A stretch of DNA of 63,609 nucleotides from Litorilinea aerophila (GTDB lineage: Bacteria > Chloroflexota > Anaerolineae > Caldilineales > Caldilineaceae). The translations under genes were made by a program, and so were the position numbers. The notes under the pieces are model-generated. The model had not been told where the DNA came from. It worked only from the letters and a program-made list of their open reading frames with translations, and ran no database searches. Below are positions 9,794 through 17,954 of this stretch, one piece after another. How positions within the stretch are numbered: position 1 is the stretch's first letter; each line of letters opens with the position of its first letter. The stretch covers positions 1 through 63,609 of the forward strand of contig CAMDQF010000001.1 in assembly GCA_945905745.1 (NCBI GenBank). Reading direction: 5' to 3'.

Positions 9794-10222
9794 CTACCAC
9801 TCGTCCACCTGCTCGGACTGTTCGCCGACAATTGTAAAAGATCGCTCGGCGCGGGCGGGCTGGGAGGGAAAAGCCCAGTTGCCAACCTGGGGTCCGGGCA
9901 ATTGGGCATAGGGCTGGCCCGCAGATTGCCCGTAGCCAGCCTGTCCGTAGCCGGGGTAGGCTGGCGGAGCCATAATCACAATTGGCATCTGCCCCTGACC
10001 GCCCTGGGTCTGATTCTGTACAGAGGAGCGAGGCATGGGCGGTTCCTGTTGGGCGGATCGGCGGGAGGCCACGAGGATCAGCAACGCAGCAGGAAGACTT
10101 GCCAGCACCCCAAAGACGATACCCACCGCCATACCCATGGCGTCCGAGCTAAGCAGACTGCCCGCCTGCCATCCGGCAAAACCCACAAAAATCAGTAACG
10201 CCACAATTATCAGCCGTTTCAT
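9794..10222 (-). CDS. small membrane protein with two N-terminal TM helices and a Q/G/P/Y-rich tail
   Basis: MKRLIIVALLIFVGFAGW... and GIVFGVLASLPAALLILVA helices. Low-complexity tail GYGQAGYGQSAGQPYAQ. No family recognised. Confidence 0.6.
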   Translation of the reverse strand: MKRLIIVALLIFVGFAGWQAGSLLSSDAMGMAVGIVFGVLASLPAALLILVASRRSAQQEPPMPRSSVQNQTQGGQGQMPIVIMAPPAYPGYGQAGYGQSAGQPYAQLPGPQVGNWAFPSQPARAERSFTIVGEQSEQVDEW

Positions 10223-10244
10223 ACACCCATCCCAGTGATTGTAC

Positions 10245-10289
10245 GTCGGAATGGCATTCCGACCGGTGAAGACGGAATGCCATTCCGTC
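10245..10289. repeat. two perfect 19-nt palindromes (GTCGGAATGGCATTCCGAC and GACGGAATGCCATTCCGTC)
   Basis: Located at 10245-10263 and 10271-10289. A third near-identical copy lies at 55368-55386. Confidence 0.75.
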
Positions 10290-10297
10290 CTACAACT

Positions 10298-11434
10298 CTA
10301 CATATTCCGCCCCAGCAGTCGGTCCACCAGCGTACGATGGGGCTGGGGAGGCGGCAAGGCAGGCAACTGCACGTCCGGCAGATCGTCCACCTGCCCTTCG
10401 TTCTGCCAGCGCCGAGAGGTGCGCCCGCCAGCACGCAGTTCATTCGCCACGAGCGAGAGGTCCTGTGGCCCCAGCCAGGCTGCCTGGAAGCGCAGGAGAG
10501 AGCCGCGGGCGACCAGAATGAAGTCTCCTTTGCCTTCCAGCTTGTCGGCCCCGGAATCGCTGATGCCAGAGGCATAGCGGGCCTCGTCGGAACCGGCCAC
10601 CGCGCCCACCAACCGCACAGGAAAGTTGGCCTTCATCGCCCCACCGATGAGGGCTGCCGTGGGCTTCTGGGTGCAGGCCACCAGATGGATGCCCGCTTCC
10701 CGTCCCCGCTGGGCAATCCGGGTCAGAAACTCCTCCACCTGTTTGCCGCTTGTCTGGAGCAGATCGGCCAGCTCATCCACAGCCACCACCAGCACAGGCG
10801 TGCTGACGGATTCGGCATCCCGACGCTCCATCTCCCGCACCAACCAGGCAAGGCAGGCGAGGGCCGCTTCCGGTGTATTTTGCACGCCATTCAGCACATG
10901 GGGCAGGCCGGCCAAGGGGCCAAAACCCCGGCCTTTGGGATCAATCAAAATCAGTTGCAATTGACCCTGGTGGTTGTGCATAGCCAGAGATGTGAGGAGC
11001 GTGCGGGCCAGCGCGGTCTTGCCGCTACCGGTGGTCCCGGCGATGAGGACGTGGGCCACATCTGGCGCGGTCAGCCGCAAGAGAAGGGGAAAACCCTGCT
11101 CGTCCATGCCCAGCACAGCCGAGGCTGGCGGCACGACGGTCAGCCGCTTGCAAAGAGGGAGTAGACGCACTGGGTCTGGGTTCTCCCGGGGGATTTCGAC
11201 GTTGATCTCACCGCCGTCCCGGTAGATGCGCGCTTCCCGGCTGCCCAGGGCCATGGCAATCTCTTCGGCCAGGGCTGAGACTTTGGAGACTTTTGTGCCC
11301 AGTTCAGTCGCTAGCTTGAACTGAACGAAACGGGGTGTGACTGTGCCACCATTGACCCGACCGGGAATTTTGTGCTGACCCAACACCTGTTCGATGCGAT
11401 CCGCCTGCATATTAAGTGTCTGCCGTCGCCCCAT
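10298..11434 (-). CDS. FtsK/SpoIIIE-family DNA-translocase-like ATPase lacking TM and gamma domains
   Basis: FtsK alpha-like N-terminus and Walker [18 protein letters not shown] before the ATG at 11434. Start moved in from 11479. Confidence 0.85.
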   Translation of the reverse strand: MGRRQTLNMQADRIEQVLGQHKIPGRVNGGTVTPRFVQFKLATELGTKVSKVSALAEEIAMALGSREARIYRDGGEINVEIPRENPDPVRLLPLCKRLTVVPPASAVLGMDEQGFPLLLRLTAPDVAHVLIAGTTGSGKTALARTLLTSLAMHNHQGQLQLILIDPKGRGFGPLAGLPHVLNGVQNTPEAALACLAWLVREMERRDAESVSTPVLVVAVDELADLLQTSGKQVEEFLTRIAQRGREAGIHLVACTQKPTAALIGGAMKANFPVRLVGAVAGSDEARYASGISDSGADKLEGKGDFILVARGSLLRFQAAWLGPQDLSLVANELRAGGRTSRRWQNEGQVDDLPDVQLPALPPPQPHRTLVDRLLGRNM

Positions 11435-11594
11435 AGGAACCTCCCCTAAAACCAGAAATACCTGAAAATCCCGACGCATCCCCAGAAGGATGCGGCATAG
11501 ATCAGGAAGGTGTAAGAGGCTCGAATTTTTCTAATGGCGCGTGGCGGACCTGCTCTATGGAGGGTACACAATCAGCCTTTTTGCTGATACAACC

Positions 11595-11623
11595 ACTATA
11601 CAGAACATTTGTTCTATTGTCAA
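11595..11623 (-). promoter_or_regulatory. consensus promoter with an embedded LexA (Cheo-type) box
   Basis: Minus strand: TTGACA (11623-11618), 17-nt spacer, TATAGT (11600-11595). The spacer contains AGAACAAATGTTCT (11602-11615), which is GAAC-N4-GTTC. Confidence 0.6.
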
Positions 11624-11652
11624 GCGCGGATTTGTTCTAATTTTGAGTAGGT

Positions 11653-12687
11653 CTACACCCAGAGTTTGGTAATTTCGTCTACGGGGAAGGTGGGGAAAGG
11701 GACGACTTGTCCACCTCGGGTGGCGATGCAGCCATCTGCTGAGGGCGTGATCTGGCCGATCACCCGGCCCGCCCAGCCGATGTCGGCCCACTGTTGGAGG
11801 AGGCGGGGAACGCTGGCGGGTGCTGCGGTAGCAAGCAACGCTCCCGATGCAATCGTTCCCAGTGGATCCAGCCCGAATGCGTGGCAGAGTTTGGCAGCCA
11901 AAGGGTTGACTGTTATCGCGTCCAGCTCGACTGTGACTCCAGCCCGGGCCGCCTGGGCCATCTCCCAAATAGCCGTAGCCACGCCGCCTTCGGTGGGGTC
12001 GTGCATGGCTGTGACCAGACCGGCGCGGGCTGCGGTCAGGGCTGGCTGGACAACGCTGATGCCGGGTCGGTAGAGAAAGCCTGCCGCCTGGGTCAGAGTG
12101 GCGGCGTCCCAGCCCTGCGCAAGCAGATCGACCCGGCGCTCCCGGGCGATAATGCTTGCGCCTTCGATGGGTAGTTCACCGGCCAGCAGAAGCTGATCGC
12201 CAGGACGACAGCCGCCGCTGGTAATCTGGGCGTTGCGGGCTACCTCTCCCAGCAGCGTCCCCGCCACAACGGGTTGGTTGACCGCCGCTGTGATTTCCGT
12301 GTGTCCACCAGCCACAACAATTCCCAGCCCGGCACAGGCCGCCGCGATCTGGTCAAAGATGGCTTGCACGGTCGCTGCGCTGGTTGCCTGGGCAGGCAGG
12401 AGAATGGTCGGCAGATAGAAGAGGGGGGTGGCTCCGGTGACAGCCAGATCGTTGGCGCAGACGTTGACAGCGTAGTGGCCGATGGCATCTGTGGCAAATG
12501 TGATGGGGTCGCTTTTGGCGACGAGCAGGTGATCGGGCGAAAAGTCGATGATGGCGGCATCTTCACCGACGCCCGGGCCAAGCAGCAGGCGCGGATGCGT
12601 GGTGGGCAGGCCGGCCAGCAACCGAGCGAGAAGTCGGTGAGGCAACTTGCCATTGAGCAGGGTGTCAGTCAGGAACGGGGACGGCAT
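11653..12687 (-). CDS. AIR synthase-related (PurM/HypE/ThiL-fold) protein
   Basis: GPGVGEDAAIIDF...LVAKSDPITF...AVNVCANDLAVTGATP signature of the PurM-like superfamily. Start set at MPSPF. Confidence 0.8.
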   Translation of the reverse strand: MPSPFLTDTLLNGKLPHRLLARLLAGLPTTHPRLLLGPGVGEDAAIIDFSPDHLLVAKSDPITFATDAIGHYAVNVCANDLAVTGATPLFYLPTILLPAQATSAATVQAIFDQIAAACAGLGIVVAGGHTEITAAVNQPVVAGTLLGEVARNAQITSGGCRPGDQLLLAGELPIEGASIIARERRVDLLAQGWDAATLTQAAGFLYRPGISVVQPALTAARAGLVTAMHDPTEGGVATAIWEMAQAARAGVTVELDAITVNPLAAKLCHAFGLDPLGTIASGALLATAAPASVPRLLQQWADIGWAGRVIGQITPSADGCIATRGGQVVPFPTFPVDEITKLWV

Positions 12688-13079
12688 AGGCTTCCCATTG
12701 GACGGATCTGACCCACGCTGGGAATCAGAGGGCTGGAATTGCAGCGCTGGTCGTGATGAGCAGCACAACGAAGAGCGAGATGACCAAAACGAGATCGGTG
12801 AGCTGGAATTCGTGTTGTGTCATGGGTGGAAAGCCTTTGGGTACACTGCAATGGAAACGGCGTTGGCATCAGTATCGCCTGAACGATGACGAGGGGCTGT
12901 GTGGTTCTACACAGCCCGACTGATGCGTAGCATACGTCGTTTCCAATGTGACAGTTCAGACTGCCAGGCTCCCGGCAACCGACAGATTTCAGACCGTTGA
13001 CATCCGTTTGTCTGCAATGGGTTGGATGGCGATCTGAAAACCCTCTGTTTCCGCGTATCGCTGCATCCTACCCTCTTGC

Positions 13080-14129
13080 CTACCCACTCCAAATTGCTTC
13101 TAACGCGTCTGCCCACTCCACGGCGCGCACCGCCAGTATCCGCTCGTTGTACAGATAGCGGCGGGCATTGGCGGCCAATTCCTGGCGCAAAACAGGCTGC
13201 TCGATGAGCGAACGCAACGCATGCACCCAACTGGCCGTGTCGTTGGCGGCCAGCAGACCCGTCTCCCCGTGGCGCACGCTCCCGGCGTAGACAGGCAGAT
13301 CGCTGTAGACCCCAGCCGCTCCCAACGCGGCGTAGTCCAGAAATTTGATGTCGGACTTGGCCCGGTTGAAGGGCGTGTCGCACAACGGAGCGAGCGCGAT
13401 ATCCCAGCGCACATTGGCGGTGAACCAGGGCAGGAATTGGGGATACTCTGGGCTGGGCGGCGTCCGATGGATGACCGGAAAGGGCAGTTGTTCGAGTTGG
13501 GCCAAAGTTCGAAAATCCGCCACGCCGCCGATGATTTGCAGTTCCAACGGCACGGCCAGCGAAGCAGCCGTTTCGACCAGCGCGGGCAGGATTAGCCTCA
13601 AATCCTCGTCGTGGGTCAGGGTTCCCATATAGCCCAGAACGACGCGCCCCCCGTCTGTCGGGGCCAGCGATGCCCCTACGACAAGCAGCCGTTCGTCCAG
13701 GGCATTGCCCACCACCCGTATCTGGGAATTCAGGCTGGCGTAGCGTGCGCGCAGGGCCGGGGTGGAGACAAGTACGCCGTCGGCCTCGCGCAAGAAAGTT
13801 GCTACAATCTCCCGTTTGGCCTGGGCTGCCGGGGTTGTGACGGGTAGGGCCAGCAGGTCGTCGTCGAGCTGGTAGACCAGTTTTGCCCGCCGCTGCCGCA
13901 CATCCGCAGCCAACTGCGCCGCCATTTCCGGCGTGCAATCGGGTCGCCAATGCCGATCCACCAGGACAATCTCGGCCTCCTGGCCGAAATAGACCGGAGC
14001 CGGCGTGACGTAGAACCGACCCGCGATGGATGGATGGGTGAGCGGTTGCAACAGGCGAATGTAGGCGCTGCCGTGGGGCAGGCCGACCGGGCTGTATTCG
14101 TAGAGGACGAGGACGCGGGGAATGATCAC
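13080..14129 (-). CDS. glycosyltransferase (GT-B-like), paralogous to the N-terminal module of the 1145-aa protein
   Basis: Shared blocks YQLDDDLL / YDLDDLLL and FLDYAALGAAGVYS / FLEYSALGIPGIYS. The GTG start overlaps the upstream TGA (GTGA). Confidence 0.7.
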   Translation of the reverse strand: MIIPRVLVLYEYSPVGLPHGSAYIRLLQPLTHPSIAGRFYVTPAPVYFGQEAEIVLVDRHWRPDCTPEMAAQLAADVRQRRAKLVYQLDDDLLALPVTTPAAQAKREIVATFLREADGVLVSTPALRARYASLNSQIRVVGNALDERLLVVGASLAPTDGGRVVLGYMGTLTHDEDLRLILPALVETAASLAVPLELQIIGGVADFRTLAQLEQLPFPVIHRTPPSPEYPQFLPWFTANVRWDIALAPLCDTPFNRAKSDIKFLDYAALGAAGVYSDLPVYAGSVRHGETGLLAANDTASWVHALRSLIEQPVLRQELAANARRYLYNERILAVRAVEWADALEAIWSG

Positions 14130-16621
14130 AGGCTCCCCCGGCCTTTGTCATCGCCAAATAGAACGGTCAGGATATTCAATGCAGCCCGTTCTGGGTAGAA
14201 AGCGCAGGCGTCGCGGATTGCGTTGGCACACAGGCTGGTACGCAATTGCTCGTCGTCTACCAGAGAACGCAGGGCACGCCAGCACGCCTCGGCAGAGGAT
14301 GTATCTACCACCAGTGCGTTTTCGCCGTGGCGGGCAAAGCTGACCGCGCCCCCTTTTTCTGGCACAATGACCGCCGCACCGCAGGCCATCGCCTCCAACG
14401 CGGTCAGACCCATGGCCTGGTAGGTGGAGAAATCCACAAAGATATCCGTGGCCCCGAGCAGTGCCGCCACCCGCTCGGTCTCCAGCATTCCCGCCAGTTG
14501 CCAGTCAAAGTCCTGGGGCAGATCGGCAAAGTCGGGGTCGGCGGGGGAGACACCAAAGAGGGTGATGGCGACTCGTTCGCCGTAGTGATGGGAGAGTCGG
14601 CGCAAAACTTCCATCGTCAGCCGGGGACCGCGGCGGGGCGAACTGGGCCGAATCATCGCGGTAATGTGGATCGCGTCGGAAGAATGGAACGCGGATGACA
14701 CGGATTGGGCGGATAAACGCGGATTTTCTGCTTTGTGTCTTTGCGCCTCTGTGGTCAATGGGCGGAAGCGGTCGATGTCCAGAGAGGGGCCGACGACGGC
14801 ACACTCTACGCCGGTGTGGGAGAGAACTTCCTGCCGATTCCACTCGGTTTTGGTAAAGCAGCGCAGGCCGGGCCGGGCGGTGTAGCTGGCCGCGGCCTGG
14901 CGCTGCTCGTCGCTGCCCTCGGCAAAAAAATTGGCTTCGAAATCCTGCACGTAGTAGCCGAGTGTCGGGCCGAGTTTCGGGCTGGGAGCAGACAGAGCGG
15001 GCAGCCATTCCACGCTTTCGTGCCAGGTGGCGACCACCCCATCAAAGCCCTGGCCCAGCCGCCGGGCATCATCTGGGCTGCCAAAGTGGACGGGCAGCCG
15101 GTTGTTGGGATAGGCGGCGGTGAAGAGTTGCCGGTTTTTCGTCAGATTGAAGAGATGGACCTCCACACCCATCGCTTGCATTGCCTCAGCCTCAGCCAAA
15201 ACGACATTTGCCCCACCGCCCGGCGCATCCACCGGCAGCAGAAAGAGCAGCCGCTTTGCTGCAAAGCGGCGTTTTCCCGAAAAGTGCTGTCGCCCCTCCT
15301 CTATCAGCCCAGAGCGCTCGGCCAACACAGCCGCCCGTGCCCGGATGCCCAGCAACACAGGCCCATCGCGCAGGGCCTCCTCTGCCGCGCTGATGGGCGC
15401 ACGTCCGTAGCGCTCGCTCAAAATCCGAGCGGCCTGTTCGCTTAGCTCCCGGCGGCAGCTGTGGGAATAGCTGCGGGATTGGGCGTGGAAGACGTAGGCG
15501 TCGTCGGCCAGGGCCAGCCGCCAGCCAGCGGCTCGGGCGCGCAGGCAATAGTCGTTTTCTTCGCCATAGCCCGCGCCAAAAGCATCCTCGTCAAAGTAGC
15601 CAATGTCGTCAATCACTTCCCGGCGGATGAGCAGGCAAAAGCCGTTGAGGAGGGGCATCTCCGGGTAGAGCCGGGCAGAGCGTTCAGCCAGCGCCCCGGC
15701 CCAGCCGTCGATCTCCCAGCCAGCGGGCAAGGGATTTTCGGCCCAGTCGCCCCCTGCGTTCAGGGCCGGGATGGACTGATAGGAGGCGGTGTTGGAGAGG
15801 GGGCCGACGATGCCGATGACCGGGTCGGAATCGGCGCAGGCGACGAGCCTGTCCAGCCAGCCGGGGCTGACGAGTGTGTCGCTGTTGAGGAGCAGGGCGA
15901 AGGGCGCGGCGCTGTGGCGCAATCCCCGGTTGGCGGCGCGGGTGTAGCCTGTGGCTTCGTCGCTGCGCAGGAGCGTTGCGTGGGATTGTTGGCGGGCAAA
16001 GTCGGCCAGAAAATCCTGGGTGGGCGGGTCACTGCCGTCGTCCACCAGAATCAGCCGGCAGGGCTGGGCTGTGTGGCGCAACACAGATTCCAGACAGCGC
16101 TGTACATCTTCCAGCGCGTTGTGGACACAGACAATAATTTCGACGTTTTCCTGATGGGGCGTTACGGGTGGGCGGGTGGGCGGCAGGGGAATTTCGATAG
16201 TCTCGTTGCGATACGGCCGACGTGGGCCGATGCGTCGGGCAAAGGCTTTCCAGCGCCAGCGGGTCTCACCCCGCAAATGGACAATCAGACTGACAGCCCC
16301 GCGTTCGTTGAAAATGCGCAACCAGCCCGCGGCCATTTCTAACAACCGCTCCCGGCGGGATTGGGGGGGAGCGGCGTGGGCGCGCATCCGCTGTAACAGG
16401 CGCAGCAACGCAAAGCCAGGGCTGTGGCGCAGGCTCGCCCACTCTTCTTCCCGCTGCCGGGCGGCCAACAATTCTTGCTCCAACGCCAGGGCCAGATGGG
16501 TAAGTTGGGCCAGGTGGGTCTCCTGTTGGCGGGCGGCAGTGCGCAGGGCGGCAATTTCCTGTTGGTGGGCGGACTGCGCATCGGTAGACGGTGGGGGTGG
16601 GGTGGGCGGGATATCTGTCAC
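14126..16621 (-). CDS. multidomain glycosyltransferase: N-terminal coiled coil, GT2 domain, C-terminal GT4-like domain
   Basis: IIVCVHNALEDVQRCLESV...LILVDDGSD (GT2). C-terminal EAMACGAAVIVPEKGG (GT-B). N-terminal Q/A/E/L-rich heptad-like region. Confidence 0.85.
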   Translation of the reverse strand: MTDIPPTPPPPSTDAQSAHQQEIAALRTAARQQETHLAQLTHLALALEQELLAARQREEEWASLRHSPGFALLRLLQRMRAHAAPPQSRRERLLEMAAGWLRIFNERGAVSLIVHLRGETRWRWKAFARRIGPRRPYRNETIEIPLPPTRPPVTPHQENVEIIVCVHNALEDVQRCLESVLRHTAQPCRLILVDDGSDPPTQDFLADFARQQSHATLLRSDEATGYTRAANRGLRHSAAPFALLLNSDTLVSPGWLDRLVACADSDPVIGIVGPLSNTASYQSIPALNAGGDWAENPLPAGWEIDGWAGALAERSARLYPEMPLLNGFCLLIRREVIDDIGYFDEDAFGAGYGEENDYCLRARAAGWRLALADDAYVFHAQSRSYSHSCRRELSEQAARILSERYGRAPISAAEEALRDGPVLLGIRARAAVLAERSGLIEEGRQHFSGKRRFAAKRLLFLLPVDAPGGGANVVLAEAEAMQAMGVEVHLFNLTKNRQLFTAAYPNNRLPVHFGSPDDARRLGQGFDGVVATWHESVEWLPALSAPSPKLGPTLGYYVQDFEANFFAEGSDEQRQAAASYTARPGLRCFTKTEWNRQEVLSHTGVECAVVGPSLDIDRFRPLTTEAQRHKAENPRLSAQSVSSAFHSSDAIHITAMIRPSSPRRGPRLTMEVLRRLSHHYGERVAITLFGVSPADPDFADLPQDFDWQLAGMLETERVAALLGATDIFVDFSTYQAMGLTALEAMACGAAVIVPEKGGAVSFARHGENALVVDTSSAEACWRALRSLVDDEQLRTSLCANAIRDACAFYPERAALNILTVLFGDDKGRGSL
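14683..14760. repeat. in-frame copy of a dispersed intergenic repeat inside the glycosyltransferase gene
   Basis: ggaacgcggatgacacggattgggcggataaacgcggattttctgctttgtgtctttgcgcctctgtgg. It shares GATAAACGC[GT]GAT and TGCGCCT[CT]TG[CT]GG with 40187-40250 and resembles 9727-9780 and 46968-47000. Confidence 0.4.
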
Positions 16622-16628
16622 TGCGTTG

Positions 16629-17954
16629 TCAACCGGTGAAAAGGCCGTAGGTGGGGAGGATCACGGTGAGCAGGCCGAGGATATTCAGCATCAGCATCAG
16701 GCCCAGGATGGCGAAGGTAACAGTTTTGCGATGCCTTCCTGCAAGATGGAGCCAACCGAGGCCGACAAAAAGACCGATGGCCGAAATGGCGGGATAGAAA
16801 TAGCGGCCTTGGGGCTGGATTGTTGTCAGGTTGAAGAGGAGAAAGAAGAGGAAGACAAAAAGAATCGCCATCAGCAAAAGTGTGAGCGCCTTGCGCTGCT
16901 GGTACTCAATTGATTTGGCTTGTGTGGCAAGATTCCAACCTGCGCCTGCCAGCCCTACCAATCCGACAGCATCTAGGATGGCGAGAATCAGAGGCGGGAG
17001 CGGCAGATTCATCCAGCCAAAATGGCCCCAAAAGGAGGAATGGGTTAGAGGGATCAGGCCCACGATATAGGATAGGGTCAGAAATTCGCTGCGAATTCCT
17101 GGGGAATGGGGTGAACCGAGCAGCCTCTCCAGTAGATCAGGCCAAATAAGCCAGCTTATGAGCAGGCCCGAACCGGCGCATAGTCCAAATGTCAGCAGAT
17201 CAAGCAGCGAATCGCGCAGCGAGCGCTGGCCTTGTTTCAGATTCAAAAGCGCGAGTACCACAGCCAGGGGGAGCAAAAACCAGGTGGTCATCTTGATTGC
17301 CAGGGCCGGTGCGCTGGCAATCCCCGCCAGCAGCCAACCGCGACGGCTGGACGGGAAAGGTGTTCGTGCTACAGTTGTGAGGCAGAGCAAACCGAAACTG
17401 GCGGCAACGATTGCCAGTGTGTCATTGTTAATGTAGGCATAGAGGAAGTTGAACTGGGGAATGAAAGCAACAAATCCAGCGGCCAGTTCGGGCAGCCACG
17501 TTTGGTGGGGCAGAACCTGTTTGGCCAGGAAATAGGTGATCAGAATAGTTGCCAGGCCAAGCAGCGCAGAAAAGAAACGCAGCAGATGGGGTTCTGTGAT
17601 CAGTGGTGTGGTCGGAGCAAAGACGCGGCTGGGTGTCGCAATGATGGGCGGGAAATCTGTAAATGGCGGGAGGATATTCAGGGCGCGGTTTATGCGCAGA
17701 ATTTGACCGCTGATTGCGTAGTATGGAGGTGTTTGATACCATTCATAGCCTGTGATGACATTGCGAAGCCATCCGCCGGGCAACCAGGCAGCGCGAGGTT
17801 GGGGTTGCCCGTGTTGGGCAAAATGATTGGCGTAGATGAAGTGGGCGGGTTCATCTGGCGCTTCCCATAGGGGTATAGCCAGTGTGTACCCCCCGGTGAG
17901 GAGCAGATAAAGAAGAGCGATGATGAGCAGAGGTTGGTTTATGGATTGGGACAT
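16629..17954 (-). CDS. GT-C-superfamily membrane glycosyltransferase (ArnT/PMT_2- or DUF2142-like)
   Basis: Polytopic membrane protein. First-loop acidic motif EAPDEPAHF, typical of lipid-carrier-dependent glycosyltransferases. Confidence 0.7.
   Translation of the reverse strand: MSQSINQPLLIIALLYLLLTGGYTLAIPLWEAPDEPAHFIYANHFAQHGQPQPRAAWLPGGWLRNVITGYEWYQTPPYYAISGQILRINRALNILPPFTDFPPIIATPSRVFAPTTPLITEPHLLRFFSALLGLATILITYFLAKQVLPHQTWLPELAAGFVAFIPQFNFLYAYINNDTLAIVAASFGLLCLTTVARTPFPSSRRGWLLAGIASAPALAIKMTTWFLLPLAVVLALLNLKQGQRSLRDSLLDLLTFGLCAGSGLLISWLIWPDLLERLLGSPHSPGIRSEFLTLSYIVGLIPLTHSSFWGHFGWMNLPLPPLILAILDAVGLVGLAGAGWNLATQAKSIEYQQRKALTLLLMAILFVFLFFLLFNLTTIQPQGRYFYPAISAIGLFVGLGWLHLAGRHRKTVTFAILGLMLMLNILGLLTVILPTYGLFTG

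Noticed and set aside
10235-11164. 309-aa plus-strand ORF antisense to the FtsK-like gene
   Set aside because: It has no RBS and an Arg/Gly/His-rich composition. The minus-strand frame has Walker motifs and FtsK alpha/beta similarity.
9794-11639. Interpretation of the FtsK-like gene as part of an integrated conjugative element or prophage
   Set aside because: No integrase, relaxase, replication, capsid or att-like direct repeats are nearby. The flanking genes are ordinary chromosomal genes and composition is not deviant.
12725-12823. 32-codon minus-strand ORF (MTQHEFQLTDLVLVISLFVVLLITTSAAIPAL) just upstream of the AIR-synthase-related gene
   Set aside because: The hydrophobic helix is suggestive of a small membrane peptide. 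However, there is no recognisable RBS, it is too short to evaluate, and no homology can be judged by eye. It is worth a ribosome-profiling look but is not reportable as a gene.
12907-14157. 416-aa minus-strand ORF overlapping the 349-aa glycosyltransferase in another frame
   Set aside because: It is Arg/Pro/Gly-rich, typical of an off-frame reading of high-GC coding DNA. The 13080-14129 frame has glycosyltransferase-like blocks and a paralog in the same cluster.
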